NCBI GenBank assembly: GCA_051294375.1
Contig: CM119267.1
Coordinates: forward strand, 20,833,476 to 20,897,475
Source of the DNA: Paraspadella gotoi
Lineage: Eukaryota > Animalia > Chaetognatha
Direction of reading: 5' to 3'
Length of the DNA: 64,000 nucleotides
In this document: one piece after another, positions 1-16,924 of the stretch
How positions within the stretch are numbered: position 1 is the stretch's first letter
Layout: each line of letters starts with the position of its first letter
Position numbers and translations under genes: made by a program
The notes under the pieces: model-generated
Databases searched by the model: none
Told to the model about the DNA's origin: nothing
The model's input: only the letters and a program-made list of their open reading frames with translations

Positions 1-125
1 GACGACAATGAAGACGACGAGGACGACGACGGCGACAATGAAGACGACGACAATAACGATGATGACGACAAGTGACGACGACGACGACGACGATGACGAC
101 AACGTTAACGATGACAACGACGTCA
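1..125. repeat. (GAC/GAT)n-rich trinucleotide microsatellite
   Basis: Runs of gacgacgac/gatgac are directly visible. The ORFs here are poly-D/poly-T translations of the repeat. Confidence 0.8.
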
Positions 126-307
126 ACCGAGAGGCAAGAATCTTGGGAGGAAGAAGGAAATCAGATCAAGAAGAAAATGGAGTCGCGACAGCTGCCGGAG
201 GCAACTGTGATTTCACCATCAGGGACGCAACCGTTTCACCATCGGCGACTTGAAAGGTCTCACCGTCAATAACGACGCAAATTCGTCGTGATCGTCGATG
301 GTGAAAA

Positions 308-363
<56 letters not shown>

Positions 364-1254
364 TTAGAGAGAGATAGAGCAGAAGCCCGATGAGTAAACT
401 CGAAATTAATCAACGATTGGTCACCTTCGAGAAAATGAAGCGGCTTTTGTGAGGAATCCGTTCGACGACCGTGAAAAGGTGTGATTGGATTAAATAAAGA
501 ATAGGCCGAGATTAAATAAAGAATAGGCCGAGTGAATTGATCATTTTAAGATGGACGAGATAATTCTGAGTTTCTGACGAAAGATTTTAATCAACTTCTT
601 CCTAAAAACATTCTTTTGTTTACTTCACCTTTTATTGTATGCTGTTTGTTAGCGAAAGAAAAGTGAAACTTACCTGTTAAAGTAAAGCGTCCGAGTGAGA
701 AGTGAAGCAGAAAAGGAAAAGGAAAGGTAAACAAATATTAAAATAAGTCGATTATTGATTTAATTTTATGCACTCTTTCAATTAAAATCATTTGACCAAT
801 CCTCAAATTTTCGAAATTAATTCGGGGTCAGAAATTAGTGGTTAAGAAAATTGGGTTATTGGTTTGTCAACATGTTGGAGTTAAATGTTAAGGTTAAAAT
901 TAAATTCAGGGCGTTTTTGGAAAAGAAAGCCGTAATTGAAATTCAAGTTCGAGTATTTACAATACGATTAGAAATTAAAATAAATGCTTGTACTTGTCAC
1001 CCGGTCTTCAATCTAAATTCTTAGTTAATAATTTCCCTCTATCCAAAGCATTTCGCTGGGTAAGTCGCCTCACCCTTTCGCTTCGCTGTTCTATTTCCGG
1101 TTCCATCACCAAAAAAAAACTCTTTTTACTTTCTTTTTTCTTTTTTCTTTCTTTTTTCCTCATCGCGTCGTTACGCAGGAAAAGTTTTCCCCCGCGTCGG
1201 GGTCAGTCTTGAGCCGCGAATTTATGGGGTGAAACTAACGCTGCATTATGGGTG

Positions 1255-1316
<62 letters not shown>

Positions 1317-2607
1317 CTTGTCTGACTCCGAGGGACGAGCCGGTTTTGTTTTCTCTCTCGACTTTTGTTGTTTCTCTCGCGATTGTTTCTCGTTCGCGTT
1401 CGCTGCACTAAAATTTACTTTGCATATTGACGTTCGAGAATTTTCACCGATTTAGATTGGTTTATTAAAGTAGAGGAAACGCTTCTTTACTTTCTTGAAG
1501 CTTTGACCGTATGACTTTGACTTAATTTTTAATTATTCATAAATTATAGTTTTGATATATCATAATTACACAAAGGATCGAAAGGAAATTTGTGTTACTT
1601 TCTGTGAAGAATATTAATTATGCTAACTTGACCGTGTTTCCANNNNNNNNNNNNNNNNNNNNNNNNNNNNNNNNNNNNNNNNNNNNNNNNNNNNNNNNNN
1701 NNNNNNNNNNNNNNNNNNNNNNNNNNNNNNNNNNNNNNNNNNNNNNNNNNNNNNNNNNNNNNNNNNNNNNNNNNNNNNNNNNNNNNNNNNNNNNNNNNNN
1801 NNNNNNNAACGTTAGAATTTACGGGCGTGAAGATAAAAGAAACTTCAAAGAATGAATAGATAAATTTTATAATTGGTTGTTTATAATTGTTAAAAGGAAA
1901 AAAAAGATGAAACAAAATTGTCTTAGGCTTTTGCGATATTGTATTAATATTCGAAACTTGTTTACTATTATATGGGAAAACTAAACCTCGTTGTTGTCGT
2001 ACTAATTTAACCTTCCACCTCGTTTATTGAACTAATAGAGCACGAACTACGTTAACAAAATAATTAATGAGTCGTTTCCTAGAAACCTAAACGAAACTTA
2101 AAGTTTGAATGCTTTCACGATAACTTGCTACAACTGTAAAAAAAAGTCCACTTTAAAAACGAGAGTAAACGAGAGAAAAGTTTGTTTATTGGCAAAAAAA
2201 ATAAATAAATAAATAAATAGGAAATGGACGAAAAAGAAAACAATTTCTTACTTTTCACCCCAAAAACTTTTTTTTCTCCTTTCCGCTCCGAATGAAAACA
2301 AACAGAAAAAAAGTGGGTAAATAGAAAAGATAAACAAGAACGGGTAAGGGAAAAAGCGCCTGGCTCCGCTCCCATAAACTAGATATTCTAGCCTTACCCT
2401 TCAACCCATCTTTGCCTCCGGGCTTTTCGGGTTGGACTCTGCCTTACCTTCGAGATCCCCTTGACTCTGGTCTCCTGTCTGTCTCTACCCCTCATCCCCC
2501 TTTATACTCTCTCTCTCTTCGTTTTTCCTCCCTTTTTCAATCCACGTATCAGGTAAGTGACGCAAAACGCTAAGAGAGGAACTAGAGAGAGAGAGAGAGA
2601 GAGAAGA

Positions 2608-2660
<53 letters not shown>

Positions 2661-2789
2661 AAAAGGAGAGCGCGCTGTTCTCGAGATGTTTTCCATCTCC
2701 GAGATTTAAATACAGTGCCGCCAGGAAAAATGGCGAGTGAAGACGGGTACAGAAAAAGGTAAGCGAGGATCTCCGGGAAAACCGGTCGG

Positions 2790-6484
<3,695 letters not shown>

Positions 6485-6771
6485 ATCTGAAAATCAACCA
6501 ACTCAGCAGCTACTGTTCTACTTTTCTTCCAAAAAAAATGGAGCGTGGTCTTTGCCAGCCGCGAGTCACCCCAGCTCCACAGAATTCTTTTCCCCATCCC
6601 CTCCCCTTCCCCATCTTTATCCCCTCCCTCCCTTTCCCCATTTCTCACCGCCCTCTACCCCCCGACATATACCCAACCCTCTGAAACGAAAAACTGGCGG
6701 GGGATTTTTTTCGCGCGCAGAGTGGATTTCCTTTTAGCGAGAATGGGCTGAGACACGAGTAGAGAGAGAGA

Positions 6772-6807
<36 letters not shown>

Positions 6808-7374
6808 AGAAGAGAAGAGAGAGAAGAGAGAGAGAGAGAGAGCCGAGGTGAGAGGGTAAATATGTGAGCGAGGAGAATAAGAGGATGAATAAACCAGAAA
6901 CGAAGTCAAGAGAGAATTTTAGGATGAGAATGAGCGAGAATAAAAATGAGCATGATAATTTCAAATAAAAAAAAAAAACAATTATAAATATGAAATTGGT
7001 GCAACCAATATAAAAATTATCCATTCATTTAATAAATAAGCTATCTTGCCCCTGACTTTGGACAGGCTTAGGTGGTTTAAGGCCTCCATCACTCTTATAA
7101 GATAATGAAATAGCAGGTCCCTTCAAGCTTTCAATCTTATTTAAAGATAAATCACTTTAAAATATTTGTCCGAGAATAGGATGAGAGTGAATTCCGGAAT
7201 CAAACCTTGCAGTAAAATTTAAAAAAAAAGGAATAAAAATGTAATAGGTTAAATTAATAAATATCTCTTTTAGTTAAAAAGGGAGTAAATTTAACTTAGC
7301 TAATTTCGATTTAAAATTTTTTAGTCTCTCGTTCTATCTTTCCAGTCATCCTCTTTCCTTCCTTTTTATCTGCT

Positions 7375-7470
7375 TCATCCTCCTCTCTGTCTCCCTATTT
7401 ATCATCCTCTCTGTCTCCCTATTTATCATCTTCCCTGTCTCCTTATTTATCTTTCTCTCTGTCTCTATCC
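7375..7470. repeat. Approximately 22-bp minisatellite (atcctctctgtctccctatttatc-like), 3-4 copies
   Basis: The tandem units are visible directly. Confidence 0.65.
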
Positions 7471-8723
7471 TACATCATCTCCTCTTCATCCTCCTACCGT
7501 TTGTCCCGTTCCCAAAAAAAAAAAAAAAAAGAAAAAAAGGTCAGGACTGCTTTTTTCTCCAATTGACGAAGGAGAAAAATAGAAGGAGAAAAAGAGAGAG
7601 AAAGGGCAGGATCGTCACTCTATCATAATCTAACTTTTTACTCTTTACTCTTTATTCTGTCTCACCATGTCTCTGCCTCTGTCTCACTCTGTCTCGGTCT
7701 CTATATTTTTGATCTCAGAAAGAAAGAAAAAAAAAGAAAGAAAGGAGAGAGAAAAAAGTAATAAATGAACAAAGAAAGAAAAAAAAAACAGACAATGAAA
7801 CAAAGAAACAAGAAAAGAAACAAATAAAAGCCAAAGAAAGATAGACAAAGAGAAAAGGACAAAGAGAATGCGACCGAGTTTAAAAAAAAAGTGAGAAAAT
7901 GCGTGCATCAAATCGCGATGCCTTCGCGACCATTCACGACCACGGCTTCCGATAAGACTGTGAAATTGAAGTAAACAACGTAAAGTGAATTGAAAACAAA
8001 GTCTTGGTTTCGAGTTGAGGGGAGAGAGTTGGGAATGCGGGGGGAGAGAGGGGGGGGGAAGGGAGGGAGAAAGGACCCCGACGAGGTAAGAATAGATCGG
8101 AGCGAAGGACCAAGAATATAAAGGAAGGATAGTGAGGATAGGATGTTTGGTTAGGGAAGGATAGCGGGATCAGAATAGGTTCAAATAGGAAGCGAGGATT
8201 TCTACGAAATAAAGAAGAAGAGATAAGTAGATGAAGATCATGGTTCAGATAATGAAACCGAGAGTAAAGTTAGTGAGGAACCAGAGAGAAAGAGAGAGAG
8301 GATCTATAGAGAGATATAAAGATAAGATAGGATTGGAAGATCTAATAAAGGATCAAATACAAAGTAGAAAAAAAGAAAGGAACATAGGCACAAAGTGATT
8401 GTCCGATTGAGAAAAGAAATGGTAAAAAAAAATATCCCGGGAAAAAAGGAAGAAAAAGAAGAGAGAAAAAATGTCGAAGAGAAAAGTCAAGAAAAAAAGG
8501 GGAAAAAAAAGAAAAAAAAGGGCGTTGGGCTGATCATTGTGATAAATGTGAATCGGGTTTGAGAAGAGGGTGAGGACGAAGTGAGGTAAGGAAATTAGAA
8601 AAGGAGGAAAGAGGAAGCCAAAAATGGGTGGAGGAAAAGTTTAAGAATCTATTTAAAGGATAAGTGTGAAGAGAAGAGAACTATTAAAAAAGAGCGAATC
8701 GAAGTATTACAAGAAAATAAAAT

Positions 8724-9043
8724 AAACAAGATCGGAGTATCCAATGCGTTGCGCCGCAGTGACTTTCTGTGATCACATTTACTTTACCCGCAATCACTTT
8801 GTCATCACGTGACCGTAGTTTTGCGCGTTGCATCGCGATGCATCGGAATTCCGTTTTTTATTCTTTCTAGTTTTGGGATTTCCTGAAGGCGGCGCTAGTA
8901 GTCATTTAGATTTGAGGTTTTTTTCTGTCTTGACAAATGACAAAATATGGGCGAATTATGAGAATTTTTAGCGTAAGTGGGACAGACCGACGGAAAGACA
9001 TACCGACCGACCGACCGACCGAGTACTCGCGACGCAACTAAAA
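8724..9043. mobile_element. Non-autonomous element resembling Helentron-associated HINE/DINE-1; partial related copies at about 5020-5200 and about 3160-3330
   Basis: Begins aacaag and ends ctaaaaa. It has an imperfect internal inverted repeat near the start (cggagtatccaatgcg vs cgcgatgcatcggaattccg) and an internal (GACC/GACA)n microsatellite, i.e. (GTCY)n on the minus strand. The core ttcctgaaggcggcgct...tagatttgag recurs elsewhere in the window. Confidence 0.4.
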
Positions 9044-11191
9044 AGCCCTGCTAAAGAAATGCTGAATAGTACGAAAAGAATAGAAGAAATATCAGTGGAA
9101 GAGAGAGAAGCGACGGGAGGAAAAAAAGAAAAGAAAAGAAAAAGAAGAAAATAGAAAAGAAAAAAGAAAAGACCAAAAAGAAGAATGATGAGAGAGAAAA
9201 GGTGCCATATGGACATCATCGCCGGGAGAAAAGAAAGACGATCTATGGGCGATCATGAGGTTCGTCGGAACCGAGACCAAAAAAAGAAAAAAAAAAATCA
9301 ATCCATGTCCTATTTTTATTTTTTCTCTCTTTTTTATTTATTAATAGAAATGGGTCGTGATTATTGATTATTGCGGCGGCAGCGACGACCTCGGTAACAG
9401 TTAGAGAACACACATGAGACTAGTATTATTATTATGAAATTGGTACAACCAATATTATTTTTTTTTTGCAAAATGTTTTTTCTTTTCTTTTCTTTTCTAA
9501 CCGAATTACTTAGCATATCGTAAACCCCCAATAAGACACTGCTCTGTTGTCATTTTAATGTCACTGGCGTCTTTACGCCGACACCATCACACTTTATTCA
9601 GCGGGAAACAGAAACTCACGGTTGGTCAACGAGTACATAGTTGTCCAAGCCAATGGGTCGAGCTGAGCTAAACGGGAGGCGAATTTAGGATTCGCCACAA
9701 ACTCCACTTTAAAGTCACTAGACAAAGTAACTTATTTATCATATGATACATTGGTTGTACTAATTTCATCCCCTCAAGAACACTCCTTTTTATCTCGATC
9801 CGTTTTACCCAGATGCATCCAACGAAACCGTACGTGATAATATTTCGAAATACTATCCGTTTTATAAACAATTTATTTTCTTCTTTATTTCAAAAACTTC
9901 AATCTGAGGAGCAAACAAAAACAAAAGCACAATTTGGGTTTGCATATATATACAAACGAACTTTTTATAACAAAATTCTAAACTGCGAATTCGATCTGCA
10001 ATCGTCTGAATTACGGTATTATCTACATTTCCTCTTCACATTTCCATTTCACCCCCACACACATTTTCCAACCCACCCTCCCCTCTTCCTCGCCTTCCCC
10101 AACCTTTCATCCCTCCCTCCTCATTCGTCCTCTTTCCTAGAAAACCCCGGCCTCTGACGAAAACCTTAAGAAGTCGAAACGCGACGTCAGTTGTCAGAAT
10201 CTCATTTGCATATTTGGGATTTTTCTTTTTTTTAGTAAAAAAAAACGAGGAACGGGACGTAAAGGATGACGATGACTTTGAGGACTGTGACTACGTCAGA
10301 AGATGACGGTGACGACGACGAAAAAAAATGACTATGATGATTAGTTAGCTATGGAGAGTGAATTGCAATGCAAATGACAACGACTTCGAAAACGATGGGA
10401 AAAAATGATGAAGTCAATGACGAGTTCAATTCTGACAAAGACGACGATGTCAAAACGACGATGACGACGATGACGACGACCCGACTTCCTAGTTTTTCGA
10501 CTTTTCCTCCTTACCAGCAACGCGGTCATAACGAGTAAGGATTGGGTGAGTGACTTTTCTGGTGAGAGGTGACGGAGACCCGGGGGTGAAAAAGAGAATT
10601 AGTTCCGAGGGAGTAAACGGAGGTGGGTTACTGTGTTAAGGTTTAGGATTGGTGACAGGATCACGTGAAAGGTTTTGATTGGGGCAAAAAGGTAAGGTTT
10701 AAAAGTTTAGGAAATAAACGACAGTATTGAGAATTTGGCTTACGCAATGGGAGAAACCGGGTAAAGGGAATAAGGTTCGAGTCCTGGAGGGAAATTGTGG
10801 GTGATTGTGGGCGATGTGTGACGGAAGAAAAGGAAAATCGTTTTGAACGGTTGAGAAATCGCGATAACAACGACAACAACATCGATTTTGCCCGTGAATA
10901 TTTCATGCCTTCGTTAGTCGGTTGAACGAAATCAGCGGCGAGCAAATTAGCTCGAAACAAAGGATGAGAAAATAAAGGGAGAAAAAAAATTAAGGAAAAG
11001 GGAAATAAAAAAAGGAAACCAAAAGAAAGGAAGTTATTTGGTGAAAATCGATTCGACTGATTGTGAAAGTGAAGCCGTAAAACATTGGCCAGTGTGATAA
11101 CTTAACTTTCGCAAGAATAATGTAATAGATAAATGGGTAGAGAAAATAGAAAATGAGAGAGAGAGANNNNNNNNNNNNNNNNNNNNNNNNN

Positions 11192-14100
11192 AAAGAAGAG
11201 GAGATGAAATTTTATAACACAGACTCCTTCAGCTACACAGTTGAACGAATCATTCAGGTCACTGGGGAACACAAGTGGCCTAACCCAGTGGCCAATGATA
11301 CAACCATCATCAGGGGATGTCAAGACCAACGCCAGTGCCGTCTCGACCAGAATGTACAACGAAAAATTCAGAAGCCCAATCTCAAGCACCTCATGTTCTG
11401 CAACAGGATGGTTGGGCGGTACCTCCTATGAGCTGGTCAGCACAGATGGAAGAGCGCCGAGACTTGTTATCAAAGTGCAAAACAATACCAGCCAACAAAC
11501 GCAGTGACTGCGCAGACAGTACTTACAATCAATCAAGAAATGGATTGTAACGGGACTGTATAGGCTTTCCATTCAGGTTAATACAAAACTCGCTAAAACC
11601 CAAGAGATCGTTAGAGATAAGACGCCTATTAGATGGAATAAATAGTAATAAAAAGAAACTCTGAGCATTAACTTCCGTAATCATGCTAAAGTGATACGAA
11701 CTAAAAAAAAAGGACATTATGCCGTTAAAGAATTATATAACCATTAAGGAGAGATCACCCAAGTGACAAGGGAGGGGTCCAGGAAGGAGTAGCAATGCTT
11801 GTAACCCAAACAATATATTATTCAGAGATAGTAAAGAGTGACGACAAAGAAGTGAATTTTTAATTGTAAAATTTAAATAACAACAAAACGGGCTCCTTAT
11901 TGCAGAACAAAATACGCCCAATCCAGGAACAAAAAGTAACGCTAAAAAGTTCTTTTGAAGAAAATTAAAGAAATCGAAAATAAGAGCTCGGGCACACCCA
12001 TAATAAATTATGGGCGACCATGAGATGCAAAGATTTCAAAACTCTTGAATCCAACCCAGACAATGAAGGCATCATTTGGAAAAATTAATGGAGGATTTAC
12101 AGCAATGTCGTGTATTAATAGGCGGGGGAACCAACATATTACAAGTTTTTCAAGCAACGCAAGAGCAAGCCTAGACTTAAGCATAGCAACGAACAGAAAT
12201 CCAATTGAAGACTGGGAATTTGGAAAGTTCTAGAACCAATACAAATGATCACCTACCCACATATATAGAGATAAAAAAATCACCACGGGAGTAAACAACA
12301 AAGATAGAAAGGAGGTGATAAAATTGGAGACATACAACAAAAATACTTCAAGATAACACAAACAACTTGATTACTACAACAATATTACAAATTGAAGAAC
12401 TAGAGACTATAGGGACGAAAAAAGTTTTCAAGAACGGAAATAAGAGAAACAGCAGAAGGCGGGGCAACAAAAAAACAAAACCAATACGGCATCAAACTAG
12501 GCATCAAACTCTCAAAGAGAGTCCCATATAATTCTAAATTTAAAGTAAAAATCCACAACTGGAGAAGGAGACACGTGGATCGTAGACAAAAAACTTAAAG
12601 AATTATTCCGGAAAGCCTATAATAAAACAGTGCCTGCCTAAGGAAAAAGTCTATCCCAAGACAGAGAGAATCATTGAAAGGAAAAATAACTTGATGGCCA
12701 ACACACCGTCCGATGCGAATAAAAAATGGTCAATATACAAAGAGATGCAAACATTGAAACATCAGAAAATAGCCCTTTACCTCTTAAAAAGAGAATGATG
12801 GGAAACTGGGCATAAGCGGTAAAAAGAAAGAGCTGAAACTCATAGGCTGAACGACTTTAAAAAAGTATATAATCCACACTTGAAAATCCAGCTTTAATGA
12901 AATGATCAAATGGAAAAGGGAAGGTAACCAATTTTTGCAACAAAGAAGAAAATAAGTCAATCATTAGAAATAAAGCCAACGAAGAAGAAAACCGAGAAGA
13001 GCCAAACTTCAGTTACAAGAACTAAATAACAGCTTTAATGCACTGCAAAAACAGATCCGCCAACCAGGTGAAGACGGAGTTACCTACCAAATGATAAAGA
13101 GCTGTGCGGCAAAGAAAATGGGATTATTTACTAAAAATAATATAACATTGTTGGCAGAGGGTTATTATCCAAAACACTGGGAAGATAGCAAAACTAATTA
13201 CGCTTCCGAAAAAAGGAAAAAAACTTGGAGGAGAGCTAAAAACCATAGACCATTAGTCTTTTATCATCGGCGTTGGGCAAAGTTTTTGAGCGTCTAATCA
13301 AACCAAGACTCATAAAAAGCCTTGGATAAAGCAGGACTTCGAAACAAATTTCCAGAGTGGATACAAAAGGCATAAAGCCCTCAAGAATCATCTCTTCAGA
13401 CTAAGTGAAAACTGTTTCTACCAAGCCTTTCGTCAAAGAAAATGCGTATTAGGGCCTTTCTTTTTTTAGAATGTTGAATTAGCCTTCGATGCCACCTATG
13501 GTGGAACGGACTTCGATAATAAGCTTCTCAAGAAAATACGAGCCCAAGAACTTTTAAGAAATTAGTCACAGCGGATTCCTAACAGACAGAGCAATAAGGG
13601 TTTACGAAGGGGTAAAGAATTCTCAGAAGCTTTCCCTGCATTACACAGGAACGCCCCAAGGAAGGTAAAATCATCAAGTCCTGATCTTTTCAATGTACAC
13701 AACCGACGATGTCTTTGAAGAAGCACGTGCAATTGATCCCAGCAACAGTTTTGCAGACGACAGGCAGCCTGGACGGTGGGCAGAAAGCGCCACCTGGAAG
13801 GGAAACCTAGGATGGAGCAACTAAATCAAAAGTGCTTGAGAGATGGTGCCGGCAAAATGGAGACTAAAACTCGCGCCTCAACAAGTCGACATTAGATTGT
13901 CTGTCAAGCAGACTTCAAACTGGACATCTGTCGGTCAACGTGGAACTAAACTCTTAGGAAGCACCAGTATCAGTCGGCAGAAACATGCACGTTATCTCGG
14001 AGGTTCAATTTGACAGGAAACTACTAATGGAAGGACCATATGCAACTCCGCCGTAACTCAGAAAGGCATCAACACAGCGCTTAGGTATCCTTAGGAAATT

Positions 14101-15135
14101 AAAGGTAATGAACCCCTAAATCATCCAAATTAATCTTAATTTGTTTTAAACGTTATGATAAGAACAATCTTTGAATACGGTTCAATATGTTATATGCCAT
14201 GTCCGAGGTACACTGGGCGAAAATAGAAAAAAATTCCATACCACAATCAATGACGGACAGCTCTTGATATCCAAAATTATATAAGCAATAAAATTAGATA
14301 TTGAACGCAAGTGGCGAAAAACCAATAAGGGAGGCACGTTAAAAAATTTTGCACTCCCAAAGATTATTAAACAATGTAATAAAGAAAGTTAAATATCGTC
14401 AAGAGAAAATAAAACCGCTTACGAAGATGTGACAAACAATAGCCAATACAAAAAAGCGTACTTAGAGAATTGGCCTGGACCCAATTGAGATAAGACAAAG
14501 CGATAGTAACACTATAGAAATAAATTTATCTGTCTTAATAACTCGAATTAAAAGAAGTTTACCAAAACTCTGGGGAAAGTAAAACGTCAATCAGAGTGTC
14601 CAACCGTGAAAGATCCCTTCAAGCAAAGTCTTCACTTCAATCTGCAACTTCGTAAACTGATGCGTCTATCACTGCGTCAGTTATAACCGTCGTAATTTGA
14701 GATAAACTGTTTTTTCGTTAGCATTACTAATTATCTGTATATAGAAACTTTATCTGCTTAGCTCACAATTTTCATTATTTAGATGTTTGCTTATTAATGT
14801 CTGTGACATCTTAAGAAAGATGTGTAGTTCTCACAAACTTTTATATGATAGCATAGGAATAGTATTCCGTTAACAGTAAGCATCAAAAGTAGCCTAAGAC
14901 CGCGCGTGCGGGCAGCGAAGTCCCTAGCTATAGTATTGTGCCTACAGACCCGCCAAGTGCGCACAAAGGCTTTCTTTCTTATTTAGGAGTAGTTAACAAA
15001 AGTATTGGTTTAGAACGCGGCGCCTAAGACCGCTCGATGCGGTGCCGCAACGACGTTTTACTTAAACTGGGTACTAGTATTTGGCCTAAGAGCTTCATGC
15101 TCGGGCATTTTAAGTTTTTTGTTATCATCATCATC
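11192..15135 (+). mobile_element. Non-LTR (LINE) retrotransposon, APE endonuclease plus reverse transcriptase, heavily frameshifted; 5' end lost in a gap
   Basis: Fragmentary motifs in the expected order. APE: GVAML (about 11786), MGD (about 12010), LDLSIA (about 12172), DHLP (about 12247). RT: NHRP-ISL (about 13241), AFD (about 13482), GTPQG (about 13648), FADD (about 13750). It ends in an (ATC)n tail at 15124-15135. Confidence 0.9.
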
Positions 15136-15164
15136 CAATCTCTCTCTCTCTCTCCATCTCTCGA

Positions 15165-16777
15165 AGGAAAGGAAAGGAAAGGAAAGGAAAGGAAAGGAAA
15201 AAAGAAGAAGAAAAAAAATGAAAGGAAAAATAGAATAGATGAAGATAGCCAATCATTGAACTCTGCACGTGGAACGCCAGGACGAATCGTCAGGCGTGAT
15301 CGCTTTTGGGAAGAGCTGGCGTCCTCAGTTCCCGCTTAGTGACTCATCTGGTTTTACGCTCCAGATTTTAACAGGCCCTGGCAGGTGCTCTGGTATGAAA
15401 AGCGGTTTGGCGGGAAAATTCTCTCTCAGAAAGGAAGGTTTAAAGTTTAGTGAAATAAACGACAGTATTGAGAATTGGCTTACGCAACTGGCAGAAACCG
15501 GGTATAAGGGTAATAAGGCTTTCGATCCTGGAGGCCAATTGTGGTGTTTGGCGTCATGTTGACGGTAAGAAAAGGAAAATCGTTGTGGATACGTGAGAAA
15601 TCGCGATAATCAAACGACACAACAGGTCGATGCCCGTGAATATTTCTATGCCTTCGTAGTCGTTGATACTGAATCAGCGGCGAGCAATTAGCTCGAAACA
15701 AAGGATAGAAAATAAAGGTGATAAAATAAGGAAAAGAGAAATAAAAAAAGGAAACCAAAAGAAAGGAATTATTCGGTGAAAATCGATTCGACTGATTGTG
15801 AAAGTGAAGCCGTTGAAACATTGGCAGTGTGATAACTTTAACTTTCGCAAGAATAATGTATAGATAAAATGGTAGAGAAAATAGAAAATGAGAGAGAGAG
15901 AGAGAGATGAGAGAGAGAGAAGATGAGAGAGAAGATGAGAGAATGAGAGAGAGATGAGAGAGAGGAGAGAGAGGCTTTCGTCCGGGAACGTGAAATTATA
16001 CGGAGAGATCGCAAAAAAAGACGTGGAAATATGGAAAAAAGAAGTGAGATCGAGAGAGATGAGAGAGAGATGAGAGAGAAGAATGGAGAAGAGAGATGAG
16101 ACGGAGATGAGAGAGAGATGAGAAAGATATCTGAGAAGAGATACTGGTCGCAGTTATTTTTTCATAAAGGATTTACTCTTACGATAAAAAGGGCGCAGAC
16201 TGTGGCGGCAAGAACTTAAGCATGCCTCACTGCTGTCCGTCCTCAGCCTCGTCTCAATGGTCTGAGCTGGCTAAATCTCTCATTCCACTCCAGTGCCTCC
16301 CGGTTCAATCCCTGCGGTTATCCCGGTTTCTGCTTATTGACGGTGCCTGTATAACATGCCAGTGCACGGATGGCGGTCACTTGAGGTCCGCAGCCCCTAC
16401 GCCAGTTGTGGTGAGATTAATCCGCGCGCCCGGGTATCACAGGCTATCCTCCGTTGCCATTAAGACAGTTATAAACCAACTCCGAAGATTTAGAAAGGAA
16501 GGAAAGGAGAGGAAGGAAGCGAAGGAAGAAAGGGACAAGGAAAGGGAATAAGAAAAAGAAAAAAAAGGAAGTAGGAAAATAGAATAGATGAAGATTAGCC
16601 AATCATGAACTCTGCACGTGGCAACGCAGTGACGAATGTCAGGCGTGATCGCTTTTGGGAAGAGTCTGGCTTGTCGCTGTTCCGTTAGTGACTCAATTGG
16701 TTTTACGCTCCAGATTTAAAAGGCTCTGCAGGTGCTCTTGGTATTGAATAAGCGGTTTGGCGGAGAAATTCTCTCTT
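15165..16777. repeat. Mosaic of duplicated segments: 15165-15428 matches 16495-16777, and 15430-15900 matches 10687-11165
   Basis: Shared strings include gatgaagat(t)agccaatcat...aactctgcacgtgg and gaaataaacgacagtattgagaat...aactttcgcaagaataatgta. The copies differ by many indels. Confidence 0.75.
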
Positions 16778-16924
16778 CAGTGTCGTCGACATTGGTTGTT
16801 GATTTTTTGCTTTTGTAACTAGGAAGAGAGAGAAAACATTGCAACATTGAACTTGATCTGTAGTGGGGCTTTAGGACTGAGTAGGCCTATTAAAAGCGAC
16901 CTTAGATAAATTTGCATGCGAGTT

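Noticed and set aside
660-2765. Isolated strong splice-donor-like sites (acttacct at about 668, caggtaagt at about 2550, aaggtaagc at about 2757)
   Set aside because: No coding exons with consistent phase could be linked to them. They may be UTR exons but this cannot be supported here.
10687-15900. Approximately 480-bp direct repeats flanking the first LINE, read as LTRs or a giant TSD
   Set aside because: There are no TG..CA ends, PBS or PPT. The enclosed element is non-LTR, the second copy does not abut its tail, and the first copy ends at a 25-N gap.
16140-16490. 109-aa ORF (16222-16551) in a GC-balanced island
   Set aside because: It has no motif or splice context and lies between noisy duplicated segments, so it is probably low-quality read sequence.
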